Below are positions 30,101 to 45,100 of a DNA stretch of 64,000 bases, in pieces. A program made the translations under genes and the position numbers. Within the stretch, counting starts at the first letter, position 1, and each line of letters starts with the position of its first letter. This DNA is from the human T2T-CHM13v2.0 reference genome, Homo sapiens: the NCBI RefSeq assembly GCF_009914755.1, contig NC_060930.1; one strand, written 5' to 3'. Under the pieces are notes generated by a model, which was not told the DNA's origin, made no database searches, and worked only from the letters and a program-made list of their open reading frames with translations.

Positions 30101-30967
30101 ATTACCAATCTCGATATATATAGAAGGAAAGTCCTGAAGTGGTTCACAAGATGCTACTCTCCACATGGATGCACAACAGGACCCAGGAAAAGGGAGTCCC
30201 AAACTTGAAGTCTATGAAATTTCCAGCTTCATGCATAGTTCTCTCAAAGCAGGAAGGGTTCTGCAAACCCTGAAGCAAACTACCTAGAGCAGCATCGTAA
30301 TTCTTTTTGATTCTTACTCTCTGTATCTATTTGGATTTTGTGTTCCCTAAATAGACCTTTTTGAAACATTCCTATTATGAGCAGCCTATTATGGCTACCA
30401 TTTATTAAGCACCTAACTACTGTTTAGGTTAAACAGTTGTGGGTCCATTAGATGATAGCTGGGGAGCCCAGGAACTGTCCTGCTTTGGTTGGTTCCTGAT
30501 GAGAGAAACCTACCTGAACCCACTCGGAGTGTAGAAAAAAACAAATACTGAAATATCTTACAAAGCCATTCTACTAAAGCCTAATTCTAAGCTGTGGGAT
30601 ATATCCAATATTTAAGCATACTCTCACATAGCTGAGAAAAAAAAAAAAAAAAGAAATATAGACCCCAGGAGCCAAAGATAATCTGCTTCCACTACCCCCG
30701 GGTTCTAGCATATTCCAAGATATACTGGAGTGGGTAGGGGGAAAAAGCAATATGCATTCAAACGGCAAGTTGAGACAGAAGTTGAGACTAATTTTGAGCT
30801 GTTAGAAGTAAAATTTCACTAAAATAACATCACAATAATGTTGCTTTCACAAGTTTAGTGGCAAAAGAATCATTTCTTTGATCCTTACCTAAGATTTACA
30901 AGGCTGACCAAAAGTTGAAATTATTGGCATAAAGTGATAAAATCAGACAAAGCATGGTAAAGACTGC

Positions 30968-30973
30968 TTTATT
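30968..30973 (-). terminator. COX7A2: COX7A2 polyadenylation signal AATAAA
   Basis: TTTATT on the plus strand about 120 nt past the stop codon, with T/GT-rich sequence downstream on the minus strand. Confidence 0.8.
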
Positions 30974-31095
30974 GGTGGCAGTTACTACAAGTCAATAAAT
31001 ATTGATCCCCAAAGAAGAGCTCGGTTATTTATCAGATTACTGGTCCATAGAGAGCTGAATGAAACTGAACCAAGCGATTGCTGGGATGACTGAAG

Positions 31096-31154
31096 TCACT
31101 CCTGCTTCTTGGGAAATGAAGCCACAGCCAGCTCATATATGGCATATGCTGTTC
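31096..31154 (-). CDS. COX7A2: COX7A2 exon 4 coding part (G/TAYAIYELAVASFPKKQE*)
   Basis: 59 nt to TGA; 18+90+85+59 = 252 nt = 83 aa plus stop. Confidence 0.98.
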
Positions 31155-31518
31155 CTAAAAATAAAAAACAAAAAAGAACTTAACCATAAATTCTAAGATC
31201 TAAGTGTATAAATTTAATATTCCAGTTCAAAAGTTGTAAGTTTGCATTAAGACTACCTTAATTGGAACACAAAAAAGTATTTTGATAGGTGCTGGAAAAA
31301 TTTTAAATAAATATATGTAAAATATATTTAATCTAGTTTTAATATAGAAAGTGTGGCACAATAATATATTTGTCAACATAAAATGCAAAAATTTTTAAAA
31401 ATAAGATTAAGAACGTATACAAAGGTTATTTCCATATTAACCCAAGACTGCCTGAGAAATGCTAAGGATGATTAAATGCCAAAGAAAAAAATAGTTCAAA
31501 ATATGCAAGCCTTCCCTA

Positions 31519-31914
<396 letters not shown>

Positions 31915-31980
31915 TTAAAAACTACTTACCAGAATGTCTAAGAAATGTCACATTGGCCAAAAGGAATTTAGGGCTTTATC

Positions 31981-32279
31981 TTTTTTTTTCTTTTTTTTGA
32001 GATGGAGTCTCCCTCTGTCGCCCAGGCTGGAGTGCAGTGACACAATCTGAGCTCACTGCAACCTCCGCCTACCAGTTCAAGCAATCTTCCTGCCTCAGCT
32101 TCACGAGTAGCTGGGATTGCAAGTGTGTGCCATCACACCCGACTCATTTTTGTGTTTTTAGTACAGACAGGGTTTCACCATGTGTGCCAGGCTAGTCTTG
32201 AACTCCTGACCTCAGGTGATCTGCCAGCCTCAGCCTCCCAAAGTGCTGGGATTACAGGCATGAGCCACCATGCCCAGCC
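31981..32279 (-). mobile_element. Alu (AluS-like) in COX7A2 intron 3
   Basis: Full dimer in reverse. Confidence 0.95.
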
Positions 32280-32289
32280 TATACCTTTT

Positions 32290-32570
32290 ATAATAAACTG
32301 GTAAATGTGTTTCCCCAACGAGGAGATTGTGGGAACCCCAACTTAAAGCCAGTCAGTCAGAAGTTCCGAAGACCCAAACTTGCAACTGGTGGGAAGGAGG
32401 GGACAGTCTTGTGCCATCAACCTGTGGAATCTGATGCTATCTCCCAGTAGATAGTGTGGAAACTGAACTGGAGGACACCTAGCTGGTGTCCATTACTTGG
32501 TGTGCAGGGAAAAACCCCCACACATTTGGCAACAGAGATCTTCCATGTTGATTGTTGTGGTGTGAGAGTA
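32290..32570 (+). mobile_element. MER21-like LTR fragment
   Basis: aataaactggtaaatgtgtttcc ... gtggaatctgatgctatctcc; resembles the element at 61 kb. Confidence 0.6.
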
Positions 32571-32984
32571 GAGTTTCCCAAACAGGTAATTAATATGATT
32601 TCTTCATCTTTAAAATGAGGACATATTATAGACTTCATGCAAGACTCACAGAAATCCAAGTATGTGGCATTCCTATGAATATGATAGGCATAAAATAATC
32701 ACTCAAATATAGCATCCCTTCTCTTTACCTTCCAGTGGAAGTATTGTTCTGTACAAATTTTGTTTTGGTCATAAATATGTCTGTACAAAGTTTAGATGTA
32801 AAGTGTGCTTTTATTTTGCATCACAGTCAAAATGTTTTAAAGCCCTTGCTGTAAGAGGTGGGATATAATGGATGTTTTTGACTGAAATATAGCCTTCACT
32901 GCCATCAATGGGACTCAGAAAGCCAACTCTATCACAACATAATCATCAAATCTTACTGGTGTTATTTTTTTATTAAGACATCAA

Positions 32985-33308
<324 letters not shown>

Positions 33309-33465
33309 TCAGTCACCCTCTTGAATCATTATGAGATATAGTAAGATATCAAATTCTGGAGACAAACTGCCTGCATTAAAATACTGGCATAGCAAAAGCA
33401 ATAAAGTTATCAGTTATCATTACTATTACTTTTCTATAAACCTTCAAACATTCCAAAGGCCTTAC

Positions 33466-33550
33466 CACCAACTGTAAGAATCATGGTGGCTCTATACAGG
33501 AGGGCATCAGCTACCCCACCCTTTAGATACAGTGGAATTTCATCATCCTC
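33466..33550 (-). CDS. COX7A2: COX7A2 exon 3 (EDDEIPLYLKGGVADALLYRATMILTVG/G)
   Basis: 85 nt, long T-tract plus AG acceptor, gtaagg donor; contains the COX7A family YLKGG motif. Confidence 0.98.
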
Positions 33551-34339
33551 CTAGATTTAAAAAAAAAAAAAAAAAGACAATAATAAATGTCTCACTCATT
33601 TCCAACTAAGTTTCAAAAGAACAGGCATATAAAATGATATAGCTCCTTAAATCCCTAGAATTAAAGTATTTTAAGTATTAAAATTTAAAAGACCTACAAT
33701 TTTCTTTATTCTGTCTCTACTACTACTACTTTTAAAATAAGAATTCCTAAAAGTCAGCATTCTTCTTTCACCGTTAATTTGAGATCCATTAATGACGGTC
33801 TTTCCAAAGAATATATAAACATTAAAGCTATAAAACATACACACTGATCTCAACAACTTTAATATAACTTAAATATAAAAGAACCAATAATTGCCACACA
33901 TTAGATTTAGTCATAGGAAACTTTTTTCCCTTAAAAAAGTGGGGAAGGGATTTTGGTTTATAACCCTAAATTATATCCCTAGCATCTAATCCAGCATACA
34001 GTAGCTATTTAGTACATCTGTTCAATAAAGTATTGTATTTTAGGTATATATGATACAACTATTTTTAATCACTTTAAGCTTTATTTAGGAAAAGCTAGAA
34101 ACCATAATAAAACAAAAATCACTCATAATCAAACTACTTATAAAGGTAAATTGCTCTGCTCCACCAGGTCTTTCCCCAAGAGACAACCACTATTAGCACT
34201 ATGGTACATGTCCTTGACTTTTTTTGTAATGTTTATATTGTCATATGATCTAATTTATACACATACTTGTTTATCCCAACTCTTACCTTTTGGTAATCTA
34301 ATAATTACAAGTAACATCTCCTATAAAATACTTCAGTAC

Positions 34340-34429
34340 CTGGAACAGTTTTTGCTTCTCCGGAACTTTATTTTTAAAATGCCTGCGGGAAGCAGTGCTT
34401 ATCGTCCTCTGCCCAATCTGACGAAGAGC
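34340..34429 (-). CDS. COX7A2: COX7A2 exon 2 (ALRQIGQRTISTASRRHFKNKVPEKQKLFQ)
   Basis: 90 nt, bounded by AG and GT, phase 0-0; translation matches COX7A2. Confidence 0.98.
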
Positions 34430-34828
34430 CTAAAATGAAAATATTATTAAATAGACTTAGAGCCTAAAGAAACCTTCAAAACCAACTATTTTCAGTCGTT
34501 CATATTATAGAAAAGGTAAATTGAGACTTGAAGCATATCTGATTTGTCAGCAGCAAAGTCATGCAAGAGCATCCAGGTTTTTCAATTTGTTATCCATCCT
34601 CTGCTCTTCGAATTACATTCTGCAGTCTCCAAATAACATATTCAAGAAGCAATTCATATAGATTCTAACCAAAAAATAAAATCATGATCTCTACCTGAAC
34701 AGAACCAGTAGCATTTTATAATCCTTGATGCAAACATATTGACATACACATATTACAAAAATAGTGCTTAACCAAAATACACCAAACCCAAATATTTTCA
34801 TAATATACTGCCATATCATCAAAAACCT

Positions 34829-36032
<1,204 letters not shown>

Positions 36033-36699
36033 ACCCTATTACTTGACAGCAAATAGACTGGCATGATTCCTTCTCAATTAAAATGCTTCTCTCATTACAT
36101 TTTTCCTAAAAAATTTTAAAGAGGGTATACAACTTTTAAAGAAGAGACATGCACTACATATCCAGTTGAATTAAATAATGAAACAAATATGCTCTCGATT
36201 TTCTAAAATTACATTGAGGATTTTAATGAAGCAAAACTTCATTAAATAATTTAAAAAATAAAATAATCATTGTCGCATTTTTCTTTATCAAAATTTGGGG
36301 AAATATTTCACATGCTCAAAGTCGATGGAGGGGTGAAGGACAATGCACAATCGCCTGACGGAAATAACACTGCACTTCAGCCATGACTATTCCTAAAGTT
36401 CCACCCAAAATTGAATGGCTTGGTTTTTAAACTGCCTTCTCAAGCTCGCAAAGCTCAAAACCATTGAAACTTAAAACCTTTCAGTACCAGAAAAACACCT
36501 TTCTGCTTGATGCTTCCGGGTGTCAGACACTCCCCACCTGGGTCTTGGTTTTACTCAGATCGGAGCTACTAACCTCATCAATGACCGACAGGGTTAGAGG
36601 TGGTGACTAAGAACCCAAGACGGGTCTAACCCACGAGTCTCTGGTCACTTCCCCTGCCTCTCCACTCCTTACATCTACCCAGTAACGGCCTGGGGCGAG

Positions 36700-37150
36700 A
36701 GGAATAGACGGAAGGGAAAGTAAGGTCAGGGAAAAAGGACACGAATCAAGGTGACTTCATTAGCCGCCTTCGGCACCCCTCCCAGGTGAGGGTTTTCTGT
36801 CGTGGTGCCTCAGCCTCCTCTCCACTCCCTCGCCCCCATCATGAATGCAAGATGAGAAGCTCCTCACCAGCAGATTCCGCAGCATCTTGGCTGTTACTGA
36901 CCAGCAACCGCCACAACTGAACACCACCAACGAAAATGGCCACGCCGGAACCGGAACTACCTCCGAGTCTTGCGTATGCATTCACGAACTTAAATCTTTC
37001 CGGGCCGAAGAGAGGCTTGCGCTCCTAACCATAGAGAGCAAAAGAAAAACTAGAGCGGCAGTACGGCTCTATCCGCTCTAGCCGGCTCGCCGTCTCAGTC
37101 CCGTGATCTCGTTCCTGACCTTTTCGATGTTCAGTAGGCTGGTCCCTGGA
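36700..37150 (-). promoter_or_regulatory. COX7A2: COX7A2 CpG-island promoter
   Basis: CpG-rich; YY1-like AAAATGGC at 36933-36940, tandem ETS/GABPA CCGGAA-CCGGAA at 36945-36956, NRF1-like TGCGTATGCA at 36971-36980. This is typical of nuclear-encoded OXPHOS promoters. Confidence 0.85.
36868..36885 (-). CDS. COX7A2: COX7A2 coding exon 1 (MLRNLL)
   Basis: Minus strand reads aagATGCTGCGGAATCTGCTG|gtgagg; the peptide is the known N-terminus of cytochrome c oxidase subunit 7A2; 18 nt. Confidence 0.97.
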
Positions 37151-38360
37151 GCTAAGGCTGGGGAAAAAGCAAACGATTTATGAGACGAATGTAATAAGCT
37201 TAGATGAAGTCAATGTGAGACCAGGCTATCAAAGAAAACTAGTGTCTGTTTTGAGCGAGAAGGCGTAAAACTGGGCAACCTTGAAGCCGCTAGAAACTGA
37301 ACAAAGACTGGGTTGGCCGAAATACAGCTCTGAAGCCTCATAAAATTCAAAAAAGAATTACTCCTCTTACGCGGATACAGTCAGTTTTTTCCACCGAAGG
37401 AATTGCTGCGGCACATTACTGTTCCTTGTGTTGAGAATATGCTGTAAGAGCTGTGTCGAGATACCAGTTTTTATATTCTTGTACCTTCGACTGCTGCAGA
37501 ACTCCCCAAGCAAGAAGTTCTTCCACAGTGTCCCCAAATTGTGGAAGAGGCTCGCTCGCTTCTGAGGAAACGTTAGGGAACAAGAAATGGGATGGCGAAT
37601 CTGGACTCAAAAGTCTTGCTGTCCCAGATCCAGCAGGGCACTACATTCATTACTGGAGTAGAGAAGCACAGCAATTATTTGTTGTACAGAAAGGCTGTCG
37701 GTGTCATCCATTTTGCTTAAGTAATCCCCATTACAAGTGTTTATTTCTTGTACTTACCCTCAAGTATGTACAAATGCAAATATCTACCCTGTATTACAAT
37801 AATCTTTCCACTTTCTACAAACTCTTACAAATTATTTGATTGCCATTTCAAATAAGAAACCCATAGTTTCAGCAAAGGATAAAAATTAGTAATATTAAAA
37901 CTATTCCTTATAATCCTTGGGGTTTTCTTCTTCACAATCTACTGTATGTCAATGGGCCCACCAAGTTACCAGTCCCAGTTAAAATTCTCTTCCTCACCAA
38001 GGTTTATAAACACCCCAATTCATGTCTTCCTTAGATCGGTACTGAAAGGACCTGGTTTTCTACACCCCTCTGGATTATGCATATAACCAAAACTCTGGGC
38101 AAAATTACCACGTGCCAATAGCTAGGGCGTGGGGGTTTTTTAAGTACATTGTCCATAATCTGAATTTGTTAGTTGTATGTGCTCTCTTATGTTTTCTCCA
38201 CTTAGCCAACTCTAGATTGTAAATTTCCCAAGCGCAGAGATGATGTGGATTTCTTACCAATCCCCTAGCACTGCTAAAGACAGTATTAACCAATACATCA
38301 ATTAATTACATTGGGTGACAGATCTAAGAAGCTTATGACCCTGTCCAAAAAGAGCCATGA

Positions 38361-38657
38361 GGCCAGGCGCAGTGGCTCACGCCTGTAATCCCAGTACTTT
38401 GGGAAGCCGAGGCGGGCGGATCATGAGGTCAGGAGATCCAGACCATCTTGGCTAAAGCCGTGAAACCCTGTCTCTACTAAAAATACAAAAAATAAGGCGG
38501 GCGTGGTGGCGGGCGCCTGTAGTCCCAGCTACTCAGGAGGTTGAGGCAGGAGAATGGCGTGAACCCAGAAGGTGGAGCTTGCAGTGAGCCAAGATCGCTT
38601 CACTGCACTCCAGCCTGGGCGACAGAGTGAGACTTCATATCAAAAAAAAAAAAAAAA
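38361..38657 (+). mobile_element. Alu (AluY/Sc-like)
   Basis: gagaatggcgtgaaccc diagnostic; TSD agccatga. Confidence 0.95.
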
Positions 38658-38799
38658 GCCATGAATTCACATTAAATAGATCCTAAAGTAGACATAGATT
38701 CTTGTATGCATGTTATTCAGTACAATTTCCCCCTTTACTGGATCATTCCATCTATTAACACATTCCCAAATTAAAAACAAACGAACAAACTCCTTTGAT

Positions 38800-39820
38800 T
38801 ACCGTTACCATCCTATAGATTTCTTTATACTTGTCTCTCCTTCTCCTCCTCCTAATCTTTTTTTGATCCCATTTTGGGCAGGCTTTTACTGCTCTTGTTT
38901 AGAATCACCAATAGCTTCCAGGTTGCTAAATAAACTGTCAATCTCAATTTTCACCTTCTCCATCTATTAGCAGCATTTAACATAGTTAATCCGTCCCTCA
39001 CCATATACTTTTACTTTTTAATTTGGAGGTAAACCATACATGTAAGAAAGAATATGATAGTTTGAAGCATGGTCTTAAAGTGGCTTCCATAGTACTCCTT
39101 CGGTGGTTCTCCTATTTTAGTGGCTGCTCCTTTTACTTTCCTTTCCTGGATCCTTATCCTCTTAAACCTCTAAAATTTCAGTTTCTCACCTTTTTTCTAC
39201 ATTCATCCATTTTGTGATTTCATCTAACATTGAACTACTACTCCCACTTCCTGTAGATTGTATGAAGAAAGAATTGTTTTAGGAAAGAAAAACTATTCAT
39301 GTGCTGACAACTCTCACTTATCTCTCGCCTGGCCTTTCCCATTAACTTGAGACATCTCCACCTAGATGGCTAATGCGCATCTCAAACTTACAAACAAAAC
39401 TGAATTCTACTTTCCACTCCTTATTCCCCAACTTTCTCCTCTGCAATTTTCCTTATTTCAAGCCTTAAACTTTGTTTTCTATCATACTCTATAAACCAAT
39501 TTATTAAAAATTTCTATTGGCTGCACCTTCAAAATATAATCTGAATTGAACCACTTCTCATTATCTCCAACAGTACTACTACTGTTGGCCAAGCCATCAT
39601 CATCTCTTGTTCAGATTATGTCAAAAGCCTTTTTAACGGGTTTCCCTGTTTCCACTCTTCCACTATCTTCCACACAGCAATGATTCTTTTAAGAACTTAA
39701 GCTGGATCATATGACTCTGCTCTAAACTCGGTTGTGTTTACTCATGTATCCCTGGCATCTAGAATAGTAATTGGCACATAGAAAATGCTCAATATACATT
39801 GGTTAAATGAATGAACTGTA
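38800..39820 (-). mobile_element. L2 fragment
   Basis: cacctagatggctaatgcgcatctcaaactt and an aatgaatgaa 3' end; boundaries approximate. Confidence 0.6.
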
Positions 39821-40828
39821 TCCTGCACAAAAGAATGGACTATTGAGTATAAAAATTCAAAACATCTGTCTTAGTACTTGTGCTCCCTCCAAATGTTTTC
39901 AGTCCCAGGGTTCCTCATTCATTATCTTCTTGCTCCTTTTCTGTAAGTTGTGATTATCCTGACATACAAATGACTGAAATTTGCCTGCGTACCTAACAAA
40001 CTTTATTGCATCTTCCCAGGCACACCAGAAACATTACCACATTTTAAAATTCATCCTCTGAACCAGAAGTTACTTTCAAAGTAGAATGCTTTCCAAAACA
40101 TCAGTTTGGGGTTCTTTTATCCTTGCTCTTTTGTAATGTTAGAAAATTAGAAAATGGTTCTTTCGGAAAATACTTACTCCGGAGGGTTTTGTAACAGTAT
40201 AACAAAATTGGCAGGGGGAATATGTGGGAAATATCTGGGAAACCTGAGGTAGGTAATGGTTTAAGTCTCGTCAGTAAGATGGACATCAGATGCGAAAGTA
40301 CTAAGTGAAAATATCTCATAATTACTGATGCAAAGTTACCAGAGGACAGTTACCCAATCTTTTTTTTCCTTTTTTTCCTTGTCTGCTTTTTAGCAGACAA
40401 GATAACCCTGACTTTGATCCTGCCTATAGAATCGATAAGTAACAAAAACAGAGGGAAGCCAGAATAGTTTTGTGTGATTTGGTTGTGTGTGTGTGCGTAC
40501 ACACATCTGTTAATTCTAGAGCCATGCTTAACCAACTTCCAATTTTATAAAAATATAGAACAGTTTCATGTGAACTTTAATGTTACAAACTACTGGTTAG
40601 GTAAAAGATAACATTTCAATATAATTCCATACTTTATCATATTCTGAGTCACTTTTGGACATCAGGAAACAGTTGCTATCTTAGTTGCTGTATTAGTTTA
40701 TTATTAAATACTTTAATTGCAAGCCTCAGTCTTTTCATCATTAAACTTAAGTAGTTAGACTAACTCCTAATGATCTTTTTCTCTGACTCTAAAGTCCTTA
40801 TGATAAACAATTTCATAAAACATATGAA

Positions 40829-41553
40829 TGAGGACTAATCTCTGATTTTTTTTTTTATCTTGCCCAAATTCATATCTAAAGGGTCTGGGGAGTCCTGCCC
40901 TACAAACCACAAATTCTCATCAGATGGGTTTTATTTAACCCTGTATATTATGACTTACTTTCCCATGTGACTCTGGCATAAGGAGGAAGAAAATCAAAAT
41001 GTTTTACCCCAAAACATGTCTCTCTGCCATATCTTGAAATTGCCCTACAAAGTTTCTTGTGGGAAAAATCCGCATTCTATAGAGAATCTCCTTTCCCCTT
41101 TCCAGATCCAGGAGATAATCAACTAAGAGCCAGGCACTCTTTTAAGTCTGATAAGACACATTTTATAACCTGCTCTCTCTGCAGTCCGCTGAGAGTTTCC
41201 TCCGCACAATAAAACTTAGTCTCCACATCCTTTATCTTAACCTAAACATTTCTTTTCTATTGATCCCAGATCTTCAGATAAACTCAATCAGTTGTCAACC
41301 AGAAAATGTTTAAATTTACCTATAGCCTGGAAGTCCCCCGCTTTGAGTTGTCCCACCTTTCTGAACCAAACCAATGTATTTCTTAAATGTATTTGATTGA
41401 TGTCTCATGCCTCCCAAAAATATATAAAACCAAGCTGTATCCCAACCACCTTGGGCACATGTTCCCAGGATCTCCTGAGGGCTGTGTCACTCATATTTGG
41501 CTCAGAATAAATCTCTTAAAATATTTTATAGAGTTTGACTCTTTTCATCAACA
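40829..41553 (+). mobile_element. Solo LTR (MER4 group, ERV1)
   Basis: TGAGGACTAA...TCAACA termini, internal AATAAA, imperfect 4-bp TSD tgaa/tgga. Confidence 0.8.
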
Positions 41554-41801
41554 TGGAGTCATTCCCCATTGAACAATAATTACCGGTTACCTACTATGAA
41601 TGTAACACTTTGTAATACACGCAAGGGAATATTGTTTTAAAGTCTCTGACCTTCTGGAGAATATAATCTAATTAGGAATATCATACATAACAGTAAATTT
41701 GATGCAGACATAAATGACTCTCCAGATGACTGGTACAACAAAAGTTGTATGGGAAATTCAAAGAAACTAGTGGGCTAAGGTTGTAAAAAGACAGAATTTT
41801 G

Positions 41802-42123
<322 letters not shown>

Positions 42124-45100
42124 TCATTCCAGATGTAGGACAAGAACATGATTAACAATCTGAATTTGGAATCAAGCGTTGATGTGCTGCAGAACTGCAA
42201 AAACAGAGGCCTAGATGGAGTGAAAAGAGAAAAAAAATATATTGTTGTTAAGAACTTGGAAGTCAGACAGATCCTGAATCTGCCATTTAGTGGTAGTGAC
42301 ATGACTGAAGGTAAGATACATAATCTATTTATACCTCAGTTTCTCTTGTCTTTAAAATGGAGATAACAGTATTCATCATCATTGGGTGGCTGTTAAAATA
42401 ACTCAATAAATATTTACTATTATGGGAAGAAAGGTTGGGTAAGAAGAAAAATCTAGGCAAAAGCTATAACATTTGCAAAGGCAAAGAAGACAGGGTGGCC
42501 AAATGTCTTGGGGAATTGCAAATGGTTTGATTTGCAGAACAAATGAAGAATGAGGTAACAGTGGAAGGCTGATTTCAGTGATGAATTAAACAACTTGAAG
42601 GGCTACTTAGAGGTTCAAGTAGCAAACTGTTAAAATCGGAGCCCTATTTCAAGATCGTTCTAGTAATAAAAGGCTGGATTGGGCATGAGTTATTAGGGTC
42701 AGAGAGTCTGTCAGAAAGCTCTCATAGTAATCCAAGGAGGAAGAAAAACCTAAACTAAATCATCAAGAGAGATGTAGATAAGGGGAGGGATGAGAGACCC
42801 AACTAAAAGGAAGAACATTCAAAAATCAACACAATACAGTGATTAGGTTGGGCAGCTGGAGAAGAGAGCTAGGTTTCTGGCTTACCTCAAGGTGGTTGGC
42901 TATACCATTCACAGTAATGAGGAATGTAAGAAATCTCAGGTTGGTGTGAGATTATTCCTGTTTTGACCTTATTAAACCCAGGCTTGTGTGGAATGATTGC
43001 TGCTTGGGCCTTACTAACTTAGGTTAATTCATTATTAACCTTCATTTCTCAAGAGATTAATAATGAAAAATCTAGAGCTCAAGACAGATGTCAAGGCACA
43101 AGAAAAGATAGAGAAGTCAGTCAGTGTTAAGACAACGGAATAATAAGGTACTTAAGATTGTTCAGGCAGAATGTGTAACTTAAAGGCACAGAACATAATC
43201 TCAAAGAACTCCCAACATTAAGTAATATACAAAGGAGACTAAGGAACAGATAAGGGGAAAAAAATCAGGAGTCATTCACAGAAGCCACATGCTAAAGATG
43301 AAGTGGGAAGGAAAATGCCTATCAAATGGAGCAAAAAGATCAATATAAGGGTGAGTTCACTTGATCTGACAGAAAAGAATGGGAATTGTTCATTGAATAT
43401 CTATTTTTCTATGCTTTGTGCTAAATGCTTTTTAACTGTCACTTTCCTTATTGCTCAAAACAAAATCTGTCAAATGGGTATTGAAATCCCTATTTTACAG
43501 ACAAGGAAAGGTAAATGGCTTAGAAGATTTAAGCAATTGCAAGGTACAGCTTGTAAGTATAGGAGCCGTATCAGCCTACTCCTGAAACCCATACTCTTTC
43601 TACTGAATCTTTCAGACACAGGTGACAGTCAACAGAGTACAAACGATGTAATCTTGAGGTGAAAACCTGACCCTGACTGAAGCTGAAGATGATAAGAAAA
43701 TATAAAGGACATACTGTTTCACAAAATTTGTTGTGAAAAGGAAAGACAACATGCCCTGGGGTTATTTTACACCACTGATACAGCAATTTGACAAAAATTT
43801 ATAAAGCTATTGTCTGCAATTCTGTGCTTGAAACAAAGTGACATAACAAGCTTGAAAGGGATGTAAGGGGAGTTCAATCTTTTTCCACATTACCCTGGAT
43901 AGAAAAGCTTGTGATATACAAACAGACAAGCTCCTATTAATACCACTTAAAGTACATAACAAGTTTATCTTTTAAGATTTTTTTAAAAACATTATAAAAT
44001 CACCAAAAGGTGAAGGGTATATTTGCTTCAAGGTGTTTCTGATTTAAGATAGTGGACTGGCCCCATGAGTTTGTCTCTCCTCCATCCCACTATAGTAAAA
44101 TGAAAGAAATTTTTAAAATATGAGAAAAATTATTGATAAGACTCATCATCTTAGATGAATCTCAGGGGCATTATGCTAAAGAAAAGAAGGCGTTTCAAAA
44201 GTTACATATGGCATTTATTCTATTTAGAACTTTCTAGAAGATAAAACTATGGGGATAGAAAACAAATTGTGGATTATGAGTGGGGGGAAGGGAGAATGAC
44301 TACAAAGGGATAGTATAAGGAGTTATTTGGGGAGTGATGGTACTTTTCTTTATCTCTGGTGTTAAAACTCACAAAACTATGCTACCAGAACAGAAGTAAA
44401 ATTTACCATATGATAATCTGAAAAACAATTTTAAAAAAGATATGAGCCCAAAATTTGAATAGAGAGGAGGCAGCAACAGACAAATGATTTCAACAAATTT
44501 GTGGAAAACTGAAAGCAGATGGAATATGACTGAGCTGAACAGAGAAAGCTGCAATCTAGAGGGACTACAAGGCGGATACCAGAGGGAAGCATGCTGATTG
44601 ATTCCACAACCCCTGAGAAGCTCAGATTTGGAGGTGAAAGTTACAGCAAAGAGTGGAGGCAGGGACAGGCCTGAAAATGACTAGTTGAAAGCATATACAA
44701 CAGAATGGCCTGATCCCCAAAGTCCTCTGCCCTACCCCTTAGCCATAAAAATATGATCTCTCACTTCCATCACTGTCTCTCACAGGTAGAACACCAGAGA
44801 ATTTTTATCTGGAGAAATAAATGGGAGACAATTAAGTGGAAGAAATATGGGGAGGGACAGATACAAGGAAGTATGTGTGAAGTGGAAATCAGGAGGTGAG
44901 ATGGAGGACAAGGAAGAAGCAGAGTTAAAAGCAGTAAGTAAGAGAACCTCCCTAGACCCCTTGAAGCACTGCCCACAAACACAGAGCTTTCAAATAGTGT
45001 TTTGGAGTCTACTCATATATTGCCAAGACTAGCCAGAAATAACAGGAAATTCGCCTATATGAACAAGAGAAAAAACAAATTACAAATAGCAACAAATAAA

